Notes under the pieces: model-generated
The model's input: only the letters and a program-made list of their open reading frames with translations
The model's database searches: none
What the model was told of the DNA's origin: nothing
NCBI RefSeq assembly: GCF_018350175.1
Contig: NC_058368.1
Span: 150,910,001 to 150,974,000, forward strand
DNA length: 64,000 nt
Source of the DNA: Felis catus
Taxonomy: Eukaryota
Direction: 5' to 3'
Position numbers and translations under genes: made by a program
Part shown: positions 25,412-38,304 of the stretch, one piece after another
How the letters are laid out: the number at the start of each line of letters is the position of its first letter
Position numbering within the stretch: the stretch's first letter is position 1

Positions 25412-26524
25412 TCAATAATTGTTATTTATTTTTATTATCATAAAATTTCTCCGTGATCTCCAAGGCTAAGAACTTGGGCTTCTAACTTAAGATAAATACG
25501 TTAATTATTAACAATGGGAAAATGACTGAAGAAGAATTAATTTAGGTTTAGAATTCAATTTAGAAGAAATGTTTTGTGTTAAGGAAGAAATTGGAACTGT
25601 TGAAGGTTGTAGTGTAGACATCTATAATTGAGAGTAAGTGAAGATTTTAACACTATTTTTTATTAGGCAACTCTGTGCTGAGATTCCATCCCAGTAAAAA
25701 CCAGCAGGAATCAGGCACATACGCTTTGGCACGTTGAAAAGAAATCACTTACCTTTAGTGCCTGAATAACCAGTATAACTTCAGAGTCTGTTTAATTTTG
25801 AAAGCATTAAATACTCCAAAACAAAGAATTATCTACCTCCAGCTTATACTCCGATTGTGAGAACTTTGTTTGCCTACATTTAAAAATAGACACAGAGTTT
25901 TCCTTAAACCATAGCTCACTTTTTCTCTTCAAGTTCAGTTATTATGGGTGGCAGAATCTTCAGTGTAAAGAGACTGCTGCTTGAGCAGCACTTTGTTGAA
26001 ACAAATACTCTTTGCATATTTAAAGGATCAAATCCTAGAGCATATCTCTGCAAATCTATAAGAAATTTAAGTGAGTCTGCCATTCATAGCTATGCTGTGG
26101 TTGAAATTCAATGCCTATGAAGGTAGGCTATAGAGAAATGACCTTCCCAAAGTCTGTTAACTGCTCCTGTGGGGAAGGGAAAACTCTGAAAAAAATGGAA
26201 CTGCCTCTAGGCTTAGTGTCAGGCAGTGTGGACAACCAGAAGTAGAAATTCTTCTGAAGTGGGAGTCAGAGGTTTGGAGGAAAAGGTCTCAGCCTTATCA
26301 GTGAAATGATGACCATGTCCAATGTGTACTTTTTAGCCCTTACCTAATTTGTCTTACTTGTCTTACCTCTTGCATATCTTATTACTGACCTCTTTCTTCA
26401 AATTCTCTCCTACTCTGTAACAATACTCAAAGTTTACCTCCTAGTTCTCCAGGCATTTCTTTTCAGGCATTTTAACGAATTGGTCTGTCCTAAGGAGGTC
26501 AACCTCAGACCTCTTCCCTATTCT

Positions 26525-27013
26525 CACATTACTCCAAGCAGGGTCAGGGAATCATCCACAACAAAACACTGTCTTCAGACTTGCTAAAATTCAGATTCTT
26601 AGGCATGCTTCCAAACTCCTGAATCAAAATCTCTCGATGTAGGAGAGAATAAATGGCATCCTAGGTGGCCACGATAAATTTCAAAATTCTCAAAGGCCTC
26701 ATTGTATGTCCTCTGTGAAATTCAAGGGTATATTTTGTACAACACTTCTATCTGGAGGCAACACAGTGCAGGAGTAAGGGCAGGGGCTTTACAGCCAGAA
26801 TGCTTAGGTTCAAGTCTCAGTACCCGCACTTATTAGCAATGTGACCTTGGGAATATAAATTCCACTCACTTTCCAAGATTATGAGGTTTAAGAGACAATA
26901 TATGTAAAGAAGTGTATGTATGTAAAGGGCTTACTGCAATGCTGCACATAGTAAGTGCATTTTTGACAAGTTCCTTGTTGATTCTGATGCAGACCAAAGC
27001 TAGAGAACCACTA
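26525..27013 (+). mobile_element. MER5A (hAT MITE) split by a ~310-bp insertion
   Basis: Left half cttgctaaaattcagattcttagg...ctgaatcaaaatctct; right half tgcatttttgacaagttccttgttgattctgatgca...gagaaccact. Confidence 0.75.
26650..26958 (+). repeat. local duplication copy 2 (unique flank + MIR), inside MER5A
   Basis: Colinear with 25131-25411. Confidence 0.85.
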
Positions 27014-28009
27014 GGTGATATCACTCATTTCCAAGGTTTCAGATCCACTTTTAGGATGGTTAGTTGAAATTCTTCATTGGCTTCCCACTGTATAAGACCC
27101 TGTATCACCTCACTTTTTTTTTTTTTTTTTTGCCTTTACAGCCTCTTCTCTTACTTTCCTTCCTGCTTAAGAACTAGTCATACAAAATTTCCTATTGGTA
27201 TTCTTTTGGCAGGGGGGCTCTCAGCTTTTCTACTGGCTCTATACTATTGCTAGATGCTTTTGCCAGACTCATCCAACTTGTCCTGTCTGGCCTGAATGTC
27301 AGATCCTTCTTGATCACCCAGTCCTGAGTTTGGTACTTTGCCTGTGAGTTATCATGCACTCTTAGTAATTTGTTTCTACCCTCTATAAGATATTTCTACT
27401 TTCATATCCTGGCATATACTAAGAAGGTGTTTACTACATGCAAAACCATGAATGAGTGAATGAATGAATGAATGATCCACAGATTATGCTTCCAGATCAG
27501 ATCTCTTCCCTAGGCCTTCATATTACACTGGACGTGTAAAAAACTAAGTTCAATATCTTTCCCAGCAAAATGATTTGTCCCTACCACATAATTCTTCTTT
27601 TCAGTGAAACATATAAAACTTTGCCCAACTGCTAAAAGCAGCCAGGTGAGGATTATCTAAAACTGCTCTATCTCCCTTATTCCTATAACCAATTTGTTAT
27701 ATTGCACATTAGCCTGGCTCAAAAGATTTTTCCAAAATATGGTTATTGAGGTTTGATTTACGAGGGTATTTTGAGTGTACATGTTTACCTTCCCTCTTTA
27801 TTAAAAAAACATTGAAGAAACAGTAAATGAGTACAAAAGGGAATAAATTGATAACAGTTCTAAGAACAGGAAGACCAGAGAGTTTGATGATTTTCTGTAA
27901 GATAGGAAGCAGGTGGAAGCTATCATATTAATAGACAGGTACAAAGAGTGGAAGTGGAGGTGAAATGGATGGGTAGATGGGGAAGCTGATGGCTTGAGGA
28001 CTGTCTATA

Positions 28010-28190
28010 GGTGGTGTTACCAAACTTGGCTGATCATAAAATTACATGGAATTCTTATTAAACTTAGAGAATCTCGGGATCCTTCTCTGAGGACTCTGGT
28101 TCAGTGAGTCTGGCAATATGGCTCAGAATTCTGGCTTTTTGACTAAGGTCTGAGATTATTTTTGTAAAAAACAAGTTTAGGCAATATTGG
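28010..28190. mobile_element. MER5-family hAT MITE, degenerate
   Basis: ccaaacttggctgatcataaaattacatgg...gactctggttcagtgagtctgg...aagtttaggcaatattg. Confidence 0.6.
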
Positions 28191-28629
28191 AATATGGATA
28201 GCTTCTTGTTCAAGAGCCTCACTCCAACCCAGCTCCCCCACCCAGATCTATATGGCATATAGACTTAGCATTTATCCCCCAGGCCCAAAATCAGATAATT
28301 TCTAAAGAAATTTTAAAATTATCTGAGACATGTAGCAGAGACAGCACCCCAAAATAAGGTTGCCCTGATTCTGAAATTTGGAATTGCCAGATAATTAAAG
28401 TGAGTCCTGCCAGTCTACATGACCCAATAACATACAGAGAGCTCTTTGTTAGTCCTCTCATTAAGGGAAAAGCCTTATTTTAGACACAGATAGAGTTAGC
28501 CATATTAACTACCTAAACTTCCCTTCATACATATAGATGCACCAAACATTTGAGGGAAAAACAAAAGCATAAAAGAGAAAGATAAAAATTGAGCAAGTAG
28601 GACCTAACAACCTAACCTTTAAAAAAAAA

Positions 28630-29003
28630 TGTGATAGATGCTGAGAGTAACCATACAGATTCCCCTTCAGTTAGATGCTGGCAGAATTGCCAGCAGAAAG
28701 CTTCCAGGGAATTGTACTGGCTGAAAAGAGCCACCTCACCCAAGACCATGACACCCAAGCCCATATCCAATGACTGATCAACATGGAGATACAAGGTCCT
28801 GGTCCCCTCACCTCAACTTGGAGAAATTCTGCAGGGTTATCGCAGCTTGAAAACTTCCTGGAATTTAGCTGAGAGCTCCACAGAAATTGCATTGCAGCTC
28901 AATCTCTCCCCCTGCCCAGTCGTGTTTCTTTCTTTTCCCTCCCCCAGGTAGATCCCAAGGACACTCCGTAATAAACTTTCTGCATGCTAATCTAAAACAA
29001 GAC
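28630..29003 (+). mobile_element. ERVL solo LTR (LTR16A-like)
   Basis: ccaatgactgatc...acaaggtcctggtcccctcacctcaact; gatcccaaggacactccgtaataaactttctgcatgc. Confidence 0.75.
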
Positions 29004-29179
29004 ATGATTTAGTAAAGAGAAGTTGTTTTTTTTTTTTTGTTTTTAAATAGTAATTGGTATCCTCAGGCAGATTCAAGATAATAATGCATGCATAAAACAA
29101 AAAGATGCATCTAGGGAAAAGATGGTTTTCTACTCTCTTTCCATTCACCTTATCCAACATCCACTTATCCACTTTAGAA

Positions 29180-30110
29180 ACTAAAAATATGATACTTAAA
29201 ATAAAGAATTCAATAGAAAACTAAATGTTGAGAATACATCACAAAAAGGAGAAAAAACAGATGACAGATTTTAGAAAAACTTAAGAGATTTTCTAGAAAA
29301 TTTATTATTCTAGGAAATTTAATATCAATATAACTAATTCTGAGAATGACTTTTTTCTGAAACAAAGGAGAAACAACAAAGGAAAAAGAATAAAATATCC
29401 AGAGTTAGATTAAATGTGGTCTTCAAATCAAAAGAACCACAATATGATAAACAGAATGTACTGTTTAAAAGGCTTACAACTGGACATACTTTATAAAATT
29501 TCTGACACGGGGGCGCCTGGGTGGCGCAGTCGGTTAAGCGTCCGACTTCAGCCAGGTCATGATCTCGCGGTCCATGAGTTCGAGCCCCGCGTCAGGCTCT
29601 GGGCTGATGGCTCAGAGCCTGGAGCCTGTTTCTGATTCTGTGTCTCCCTCTCTCTCTGCCCCTCCCCCGTTCATGCTCTGTCTCTCTCTGTCCCAAAAAT
29701 AAATAAATGTTGGAAAAAAAAATTTTTTTTTAAAATAAATAAATAAAATTTCTGACACGAAGATTTTAAGATAGTTTCTTGAAACCCTCCAATATGAAAG
29801 AACAGAAGCTGAAAATGAGTAAGAAGGAAAGTGGAATCTCATCACTGATGCTAGAAGAAAATGACACAGTATCTTCAAAGTTTTGGGGTTAAATGATATT
29901 GAACCTGAAATTTTATACCCAGCCAAATAATGGAGGAGGAGGAGAAAAAAAATGTCTTTCTACACACAAGTACCCAGAAATTTTTCTGATACCTTTTCTA
30001 AGGAAAAATACTTGAAGATGTACTCCAATAACATTAAGAAAGAATGCAAAATGGGGAGAGCATTGAGACTGTAACACCAAAGTGCAAAGAGACAGTCATG
30101 CAGCAATTGC
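29180..30110 (+). mobile_element. ancient HAL1/L1 ORF1-like fragment
   Basis: gatgctagaagaaaatga...ttcaaagtttt...gaacctgaaattttatacccagccaaa (P-x-ILYPAK motif) followed by a HAL1-like tacttgaagatgtactcca. Confidence 0.65.
29510..29742 (+). mobile_element. young felid SINE (SINEC_Fc type)
   Basis: Near-identical to 21862-22103; perfect 17-bp TSD ATAAAATTTCTGACACG at 29493-29509 and 29743-29759. Confidence 0.97.
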
Positions 30111-30557
30111 AAGAAGGCAGGAAGTTTACAGGACAATTTGGGTTCAAAGATAAGTGGATGCTGGATAAGGTGAACAGAAAGAAACAGTAGAAAACCAAAG
30201 GATTCAGTCTCTGTATAGCACCATTGTTCTTGGTGCACAACCAAGTAGTCAGCCCTTTTCTGTCTAGAATACCTAGGTAACATCGGAACCCAGTTCACAG
30301 CTTTCCTTGTCAAGAATCAAGGGTGAAACCTCTGTACCTCTTAACTACCTGCAGGGTATCTATTTGTAAGCTCTACAAATAATGCCCATGAAGCACTCTT
30401 CAGTAGGCTGTGATTAGAAAGTATCCCCTCCCAAAGACACCTTCTCCAACTGTCAATAAATGGGAGTGAAATGATGGGGGTGCGTCTCACCCTTTCTTTG
30501 GTAACCAGGTATCTATTCTGTTTGCCTCTCCACTGACACTATGGCAGGAAAAGTCCC

Positions 30558-31008
30558 TGTAATGGCTTCCAATTCTGCTGTAACAAATTGCCACGAACTC
30601 ATAGGTTTAAAAATTTTATTCTCTTGTAGTTGTGGAGGTCAGAAGTCTAAAAAGAAGGTGTTGCCAGGAATGTTTTCTCTCTGGTGGCTTTAGAGGAGAA
30701 TTCATTGTATCTTTTCAGCTTCTCTAGGTCACCCATATTTCTTAACACGATTCCTTCCTTACACCACCCCAACTTCTTGCTTCCATTGTCATGTCTCCTA
30801 CCACTAATTCTGATCTTCCTGCTGCTCTCTTAAAAGACCCTTGTAATTGCATCAGGCTGACCCAGGTAATCCAGAGTAATCTCAAAATCATTAACTTAAT
30901 TATATGTACAAAGTCCCTTTTACCACATAAAGTAACGTATGTTCACAGGTTGGATTCTAGGAACTGGTACATGAACATCTTTGGAGGGCCACTATTCACA
31001 CTACTATA
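30558..31008 (-). mobile_element. MaLR solo LTR (MLT1B/C-like)
   Basis: tgctgtaacaaattgccac...ggaggtcagaagtct...aatccagagtaatctc; TG start; 5-bp TSD GTCCC/ATCCC. Confidence 0.85.
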
Positions 31009-31239
31009 ATCCCATTTGAATATCCTATTATTCATGTGTTGGTTTTATTTTTAAAATGTTTAATGTGGTTATTATGAATCTTTAACTGAATTTTATTGAT
31101 TTCACTCTGTTAAATGGCTCAATCTACTAAATTATTCCTTTTTCTTACTACCAGTCTTGAATTTTTTTTTTTTTTTTTTGGCCTGGACTACACCAGTGAT
31201 GAACTGTTTTGTTCTCTTGTCTTCTAGTCCATCTCCTTC

Positions 31240-31772
31240 CCGTTCTCATGGTTACTGGAGTTTACCAAAAGGCAATCTAATCTATACTCCCCAATGTAAA
31301 ATAAAATGTATCCTCACAGCCTTCAGAAGAAATTGTAAACTTACACATTCCCCAAATATACTCTCACATGCAGCTACATAAACTTCACATACTTCTCTGA
31401 ATGGGCCACATTCCATCCGTTCTCTTCCTGCACTTTTCTCTCAGCCTAGAGGACCCATGCCCTTCCTCTACCTACCTTACTTCTGTGTGTCCCTCAAGAC
31501 TCAGTTCATATTTCATATCTTCTCTTATGCCTTACCTCACCACATTCTCATGCCCTTCACTTCTCTTTACAGACTCTTCAGAATGCTGAAAAATCTTCAA
31601 TTGCAGCATTCATGACTCTGTATTATAAGTGTTGGTTTACTTGTCTGTCATTGTCAATTGCCTGTGAATTTCTTGAGGGCATTGACAATGTCATCTATTT
31701 CGATGTCTTGGCAGAGGGACTGGCACATATTTATCCCTCAAAAGAGCATTTTTTGGATGAATGAATAAACTA
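31240..31772 (+). mobile_element. L2 LINE 3' fragment
   Basis: ctgtgaatttcttgagggca...ctggcacata...tggatgaatgaat L2 terminus. Confidence 0.65.
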
Positions 31773-32245
31773 ACATGCTTTGGCCTATTGCCTTTTTATA
31801 TGTTTATCACTATCCACTCTTTAAAAAAACTATCAAGAGTTTTTCCCAGATATGTATGTAGACAAACTCGTGCACATGCATGCACATAATACACACAAAT
31901 CAGCACTTCTCACTATCTGTTCTTACCACTGACTTGATAGACATCAATTAGCAAACTAACGTTTAACTCTGCATAAATAAGTACACGGTATACACATAAG
32001 TAAAAATAGACTGAAGCTTTACCAAGGAGCCAGTGTATAAAATCAAAGAAACTGGAGATGGGAAAAAGTTTTCCCAAGGTTTCTTCAAATTAACTTCTTT
32101 AAATTACAAGAAAGCTAACCTGATCATATCATGTCTCACGTTTGTACAGCATGTCCTAGTTTTCACAAGTTTTAAAATCATCCCTTCATTTGATCTTTCA
32201 TGACTGGGTGAGACAAACAGGCTAGGTGTGTGCGGCCCCAATTTT

Positions 32246-32463
32246 TTTTTAATTTTTTTTATTTTTTATTTATTTTTGAGAGCAAGAGAGGCAGAGCATG
32301 AGCAGGGGAGGGGCAGAGAAAGAGGGAGACACAGAATCCAAAACAGGCTCTAGGCTCTGAGCTGTCGGCACAGAGCCTGACACAGGGCTTGAACTCACAG
32401 ACTGAGAGATCATGACCTGAGCAGAAGTCACATGTTAAACTGACTGAGCCACCCAGGCACCCT
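32246..32463 (-). mobile_element. CAN-SINE inserted in a MIR
   Basis: Reverse SINE ending ctgagccacccaggcaccc; TSD GCCCCAATTTT at 32235-32245 and 32464-32474. Confidence 0.95.
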
Positions 32464-32554
32464 GCCCCAATTTTGGAAATGTGGAAATATTAGAAGCCTA
32501 CAGGGGGCTGAGTTCTTGAAAGGAATTCACAAAAATTAAATGGTATAGAATGTA

Positions 32555-32725
32555 AAGTAGAACACTGAAGTCATGGAGGAGTTTGTAAAAATACTGATGG
32601 CCGATTCTCACCCCAAACGAACTGCATTAGACTCTCGGGGAGAGGAAAGGATGTCCCTAGCATCTGTAGGTACTGAAAGTTCACTAGATGTTTCTAAAGT
32701 GTAGCCAGAATTGAAAATTACTGGA
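32555..32725. mobile_element. MER5-family hAT MITE, degenerate
   Basis: ggagtttgtaaaaatactgatg...ctcacccca...gtagccagaattgaaaattactg. Confidence 0.6.
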
Positions 32726-33735
32726 TTAGAACTCAGGTGCTCTGACTTTCATTCAATGTTTTGTTTTGTTTACTACATAATGCCAAATAAAAATAGGTGG
32801 TCTATGTTATATCACACAACTGGTGTTGGTATTATTTTTGTTGTATTATCTTGGGGGGAGAGGGGATGAAGGTTTTTATTTGGTTTCACTGATCCAGTTA
32901 ATATTTTCTGATGGTTTTTAAGGAGAGGGTAGGAGTGCCAACATTTAAATAGCATTCATAACCTAGTTTCTAAGCATGTATCTTTCCGGGACCTCAAGAA
33001 TTAAGAACAAGGCCTACTATGGAAGAGAAGTGAGGTGGAAGGATGGGGGAGGCAGGCATGGTACCCGGCAACAAATGTGTTCCGTGTCCCTTATATAACA
33101 CAACAGCATGGTTCCTTAAGAAATCCAATCCAAATGCTGCCACTCAAGTATCTGAGGAAAGTTCTAAAACCCACGTTTATTCTCCATTTTCCAATTTGCA
33201 CAGGTACATACTGACAGTAGCTTAGTTGATCACTTAAAATATTAGATCCTAGAAACAGAATGATGAATGCATCCCATGTCACTGTCACATAGGTTGATTG
33301 GTAAGAAATGCACACCTCACAAGGACATTCTGAGGGATAAACAACCGTAACACAGCTCTTGGAAATATAAATAGCTCTCATAAAAAAATGTTACCATGCA
33401 CATGCTTTCTGCCAAGGTAAACTGTAATTTACACTTTTACCCTAGGCATAATTGTTAGTTTATCTTTTTTTTCTGTTCACACTCATCTATTCCTCCCTTG
33501 GGCCTCAAAGCCACAAGAATTTTCACAAAAATAATCTTTAAAACATATATTTACCCTCTTACTGACCCCTTAAACTAGCTCTTTATTACTCCAGGGCATT
33601 TTAAATTGTTCTAAATTTGTTTTGGAGGCTCTGGGTGTATTCTCTTCTCTGTAGGTATTCATAACCCCCATTAACTTCCGTGTGAATCAGATATCCACAT
33701 ATCAAAATGCAACTGGGCCCTCTTATGTTTAAATC

Positions 33736-33773
33736 ATGGTTAAAATCTATTTATATGGTTAAAATCTATTCAT
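33736..33773. repeat. 19-bp tandem duplication
   Basis: ATGGTTAAAATCTATTTAT followed by ATGGTTAAAATCTATTCAT. Confidence 0.85.
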
Positions 33774-35413
33774 AATAAAATCAAAACTAAGAACGAAAAT
33801 CTGGAGGAAAATGTATGAAAAAATGAGACCTTGTTGTGCTTAATTAAAGAAGTTCACACATATGGATAACTAAAATGGCATACCAGCCCCCGGCACTATT
33901 TCCAATATGTCCTTGGACTCAGGTTATTTACTGTAAAGTGTCCACATCATAAAATGAAATGTGTGTGGGTAACTGTCTCACAAACTCTGCTTGGCCCTGT
34001 GTGTCTGGGCTGTGTTGTAAATATAGAAGAGCAAAGGCACTGTTTTGACTAATATTAAGTCACCTGTGGGTAGAATTCCATCTTGCTCATTTATTGTCAG
34101 ATTTTTAAATTATGTCATAAACACTTGCCAAATTTGCATATATACACGTATGGCCATGAAAATTGGGTAATGGAGTTCCAAACAGTCCAATTTTTTCTTA
34201 TAAACCCAGATCTGTATAGTGCATACCCTCTCTATGAATATTACTAGGAGGCAAATACAAATTTTACATACATATTTTGGTGCTCCTTTGAAATGTTTGC
34301 TTTGAAATACAGATATATCATACATGCAAATAAATACACTAATTCATCCATGCATTTAATGATATGAAGTCAACTCTAAACCCCACAGCAGTAAGAAGTG
34401 CAATATTAAAATTCATTTCCATTTTACAAATAAACATTGTGCATTTCTCAGATAAAATGTGAGAAAATATGAACCTAGGTGAGTTTCAAACATAGTTGAA
34501 AATAAATGGATCTTTACTGAAATATATGGTCATTCTGAGGAGATCTGGTAACAAATTTCTTCAACTGCACTAAGGTAGTGTCTAGTCATTTTCTAAGTAA
34601 ATAATACTTTATTAAGTAAAACACTTATGAAGGGAAAGCATCAAATGCAGCTTTCAGAAGCACCCAAGGAGCATCTAGGAAGTCAATAAATTGGAAGAGT
34701 ACTTCTATCCTTTATATACAAAATTATAATGAAACTAGATTTGAAATAAGATTATGAAATTAACATACATGCATGATGACATACAGGTGTTTCCAAAAAA
34801 TGATATTTTAAACACAATATGATTTTTTAACCCATAAGCCTATTTGAATGGTGCAGAAGTAGGCTATTTGAAAATCCTAAAAATCTTCACCTTTCTTCAT
34901 TCCCTTGGATTCCCTGCCTCACAACCTCTTTTGGAGCAGATTCAACCCATTTCCAAAAATGAGCTGAACTACCCAGACTCAAGTCCAGAGCATGTAACTG
35001 AAATGACTACCCAATGTCAACCATTCTATAGAGATAGAAGATGACTCTTCCTAGCCCTTTTGGAATAACCGTAACAATTGAGGCCATTTATTCAGCTGCT
35101 ACTACATCCCAAAAACTGTGCTAAATTCTTTATGAACAGACTTGCTAATTCTCAAAATGAGTACGAAAAATGGGTGTTTTACAGCTTTAAGAAAATGAAA
35201 ACACAAGTAAGACATAATGTGTGAATGTTAGAGCAAGATTCATCTTCAGGGACCTTGGCCTCCAGTCTCAGAAGCTGCCTCCTTCTAGTTCCTACTGACT
35301 CCCTCAGTGGCTGAACCTTGTAAATCTCACAGAGTGGACACCTACATTTGGTTCCTGCCCCTGTTTAGGAAAATCTCACAAGATGAAGCCAAGTGAGCAT
35401 AATTTTCTGAAAG

Positions 35414-36488
35414 TTTTTTTTTATTATTATTGTGAAAAGAACACTTAACATTGAGATCTACCCTCTTAACAAATTTTTAAATGTGTAATACAGTTATCGT
35501 TGACTAAAAGGTACAATGTTGTACAGCAAATCTCTAGAATTTATTCATTTGCTTAACTGAAGCTTTATGCCTGTTATTAGTAACTTCCCATCTCCCTCTC
35601 CCCCCAGTCCCTCGTAACCACCATTCCACTCCTTGATTATATGAATTTGACTCTTAGATATCTTCTGTAAGTGGAATCATGCAGCATTCATCTTTCTGAA
35701 AACTGGCTTCTTTCACTTAGCAAAATATCCTCAAGGTTCTTCCATTTTGTTGCAAATGGCAGCATTTCCTCCTTTTTTAGGGTAAAATACTACTCCACTG
35801 TATGTATATACCTCATTTTGTTTAGTCATTCATCTGATGGACATTTAGATTGATTACACACTACTGTGAAAAGTGCCAAAATAAATGTGGGAATGCTAGT
35901 ATCTCTTTTAAGATCCCGATTTAAATTCTTTTGGATAAATACTCAGAAGTAGGATTGCTGGATAACTATCATATGGTAGTTCTACTTTTAATTTTTTGCG
36001 GAAACTTCATAATGTTTTCCATAGCACTTACACTATTTTGTATTCTCCACAACAGTGTGTAAGGGTTCCAATTTCTCCACATCCTCACAAACACATGTTT
36101 TTGGTTTTTGATAATAGTCATCCTGACATGTGTCAAGTGACATCTCATTATGGTTTGATTTATCTGTCCCTAATGATTAGTGATATTGAGCATTTTTTCA
36201 TGTACCAGTTGGTCATTTGTATATCTCTTTGAAGAAATCTCTATTTAAGTCCATAGCCCAACCTTAATCAAATTGTTCTTTTGTTTGTTTGTTTTTGTTT
36301 TTGTTTTTGTTTTGCTATTGAGTTGTAGGAGTCCCTTATATATTTTGGAGATTAACCCCTTATCAGATATAGGGTGTACAGATAACTTCTCCCATTTCAT
36401 AGGTTGCCTTTTTACACCAATGGTTGTTTCCTTTGTTGCTCAGAAGCTTTATAGTTTGATGTGGTTCCACTTGTCTATTTGTGCTTTC
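35414..36488 (-). mobile_element. L1MA8/9-like LINE, 3' (sense) part of a 5'-inverted insertion
   Basis: T-tail then aacacttaacattgagatctaccctcttaacaaatttttaa (L1MA 3' end), followed by the ORF2 C-terminus on -. Confidence 0.9.
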
Positions 36489-36990
36489 ATGTGGAACCAT
36501 AAAAGACCATAAAAGCCAAATCAATCTTAAAAAAGAATAATCTAGAGTCATCACACTTTCTGATTTCAAAATATATTACAAAGCTACAGTAATCAAAACA
36601 GTATGGCACTGTCATATAGACAGGCAAGTTGACCAATGGAACAGCAATAGACAGTCCTGAAATAAATCCACATATATAGAGTCAACTGTGATCTTCAACA
36701 AGGGTGCCTAGAACACATAATGGGGAAAGGACAGTCTCTTTGGCAAATGGTATTAAGAAAACCAGATACCCACATGCAAAAAAATAAAATTAGACCCTTT
36801 CTTTATACTAGACATAAAAATAAAATCAAAATAGATTAAAGACCTATATTTAGGATCTGAGAATGTAAAAATCCTAGATGAAAACATAGGGGAAAGCTTC
36901 AGGATATTGACCTTGGCAATGATTTCATGGATGGAATGCCAACAGCAAAAGTGACAAAAGCAAAAATAGACAAGTAGGACTACATCAAAC
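36486..36990 (+). mobile_element. inverted 5' segment of the same L1 (ORF2)
   Basis: tgatttcaaaatatattacaaagctacagtaatcaaaacagtatgg ([15 protein letters not shown]) on +, ending where the - segment begins. Confidence 0.9.
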
Positions 36991-37124
36991 ATAATTTTTA
37001 AATTTAGCTCAAGCTAGAGAGCCAATTGAAAAAAATACCTAACCAGCAAGTGATGGAATAGGGCTAATCAGGTCTTCACATAGTGTAGCTGAAGCATCCA
37101 TGACAAAGTAACAATCACCACCTC

Positions 37125-37570
37125 CATATGTGTTTCCCAGGGCTGCCGTAACCAATTATCACAAATTTGATGGTTTCAAACAACAGAAATTTATTTTCTC
37201 ACAGTTATGGAGGCAGAGTCTGAAATCAAGGTGTCTGTAGGTCTGTGCTTCCTCCAGAGCCTCCAGAAGAGGATCTGTTCCTTGCCCTTTCCATGCTTCT
37301 GATGACTGTCAACATTCCTTGGCTTGTAGTTCTTCACTCCAATCTCTGCCTTTGTCTTCATGTGGCCCTCTCCTTCATGTTTTTTCTCTTTGGTCTCTTT
37401 CAAGGATATCTCACTGGATTTACAGCCCTCTGGAATAATCCAGGATGACCTCATCTCAACATTCTTAATTACATCTACAAAAGTCCTTTTTCAAATAAGG
37501 TTACATTCACAGGTTCCAAGGATTATGTCTTAGACATATCTTTATGGGGTCTATAGTTAAACTCACCACA
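37125..37570 (-). mobile_element. MaLR solo LTR (MLT1B-like)
   Basis: agggctgccgtaaccaattatcacaaa...aaacaacagaaatttatt...tctgaaatcaaggtgtc...ataatccaggatgacctcatctc; ends ...ccaca. Confidence 0.88.
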
Positions 37571-38122
37571 ATCCCTTTCTCAAAACACTTTCACAATTTC
37601 CGCTTGATTTTAGGATTAAGACAAAGTTTATAAATGGCCTAAACATTCCTGAGTGGTTTGGCCCATGACTAATCTTGTGTTTCTCTCTCCTTTGCTACTT
37701 GAACACCTGCAATGCTGACCTTCTTTCAGTTTCTCCAGTTCCTCTCACCTTGAATCAACGCAGATTTTTTTGTCTTCTCTCAACAGAAAGCTCCCTCACA
37801 TTCCACTCTACTCAAACAGAACCTTTCTTTCATCTCTACCTCACACCCAGACAAAGCCTAATTGTTTTGTTATCCTGAGTACAGGGCTGCTTTCCATAGA
37901 AGAACCTACCTGTTTGTAATTACACTTTCATTAGTATGGTGATGTGATTAATGCCTGCCTCCTCCATTTGTCTGAACCTTCATAAGAGCAAAGATCATAC
38001 CGATTTATTTAGTTTATGGTTTTTGTTTTTGTTTTTGTTTTTTCTCACTGACTGATGTGTTTCAGGGATGGGCCTAACACACACTAGAAAGACAACAAAA
38101 GTTTGTTGAATGAATTAATGAG
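37571..38122 (+). mobile_element. L2 LINE 3' fragment
   Basis: Ends gtttgttgaatgaattaatga. Confidence 0.6.
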
Positions 38123-38244
38123 AGAACAGATGAGTGGCTCAATGCATATGCTTAAATATAATCCTCCTCTGAACTTTTGGGGTCATCCTAGTCAAATGGA
38201 TTAATTAGTACTGATGGAACACTGCTATAAATTTATATAAATAA

Positions 38245-38304
38245 ACAATAGATTATAATTACAAGATTATAATAAACGAGATTAAAATAAACAAGATTAT
38301 AATA
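38245..38304. repeat. 15-bp minisatellite, ~4 copies
   Basis: Unit approximately ACAAGATTATAATAA. Confidence 0.75.
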
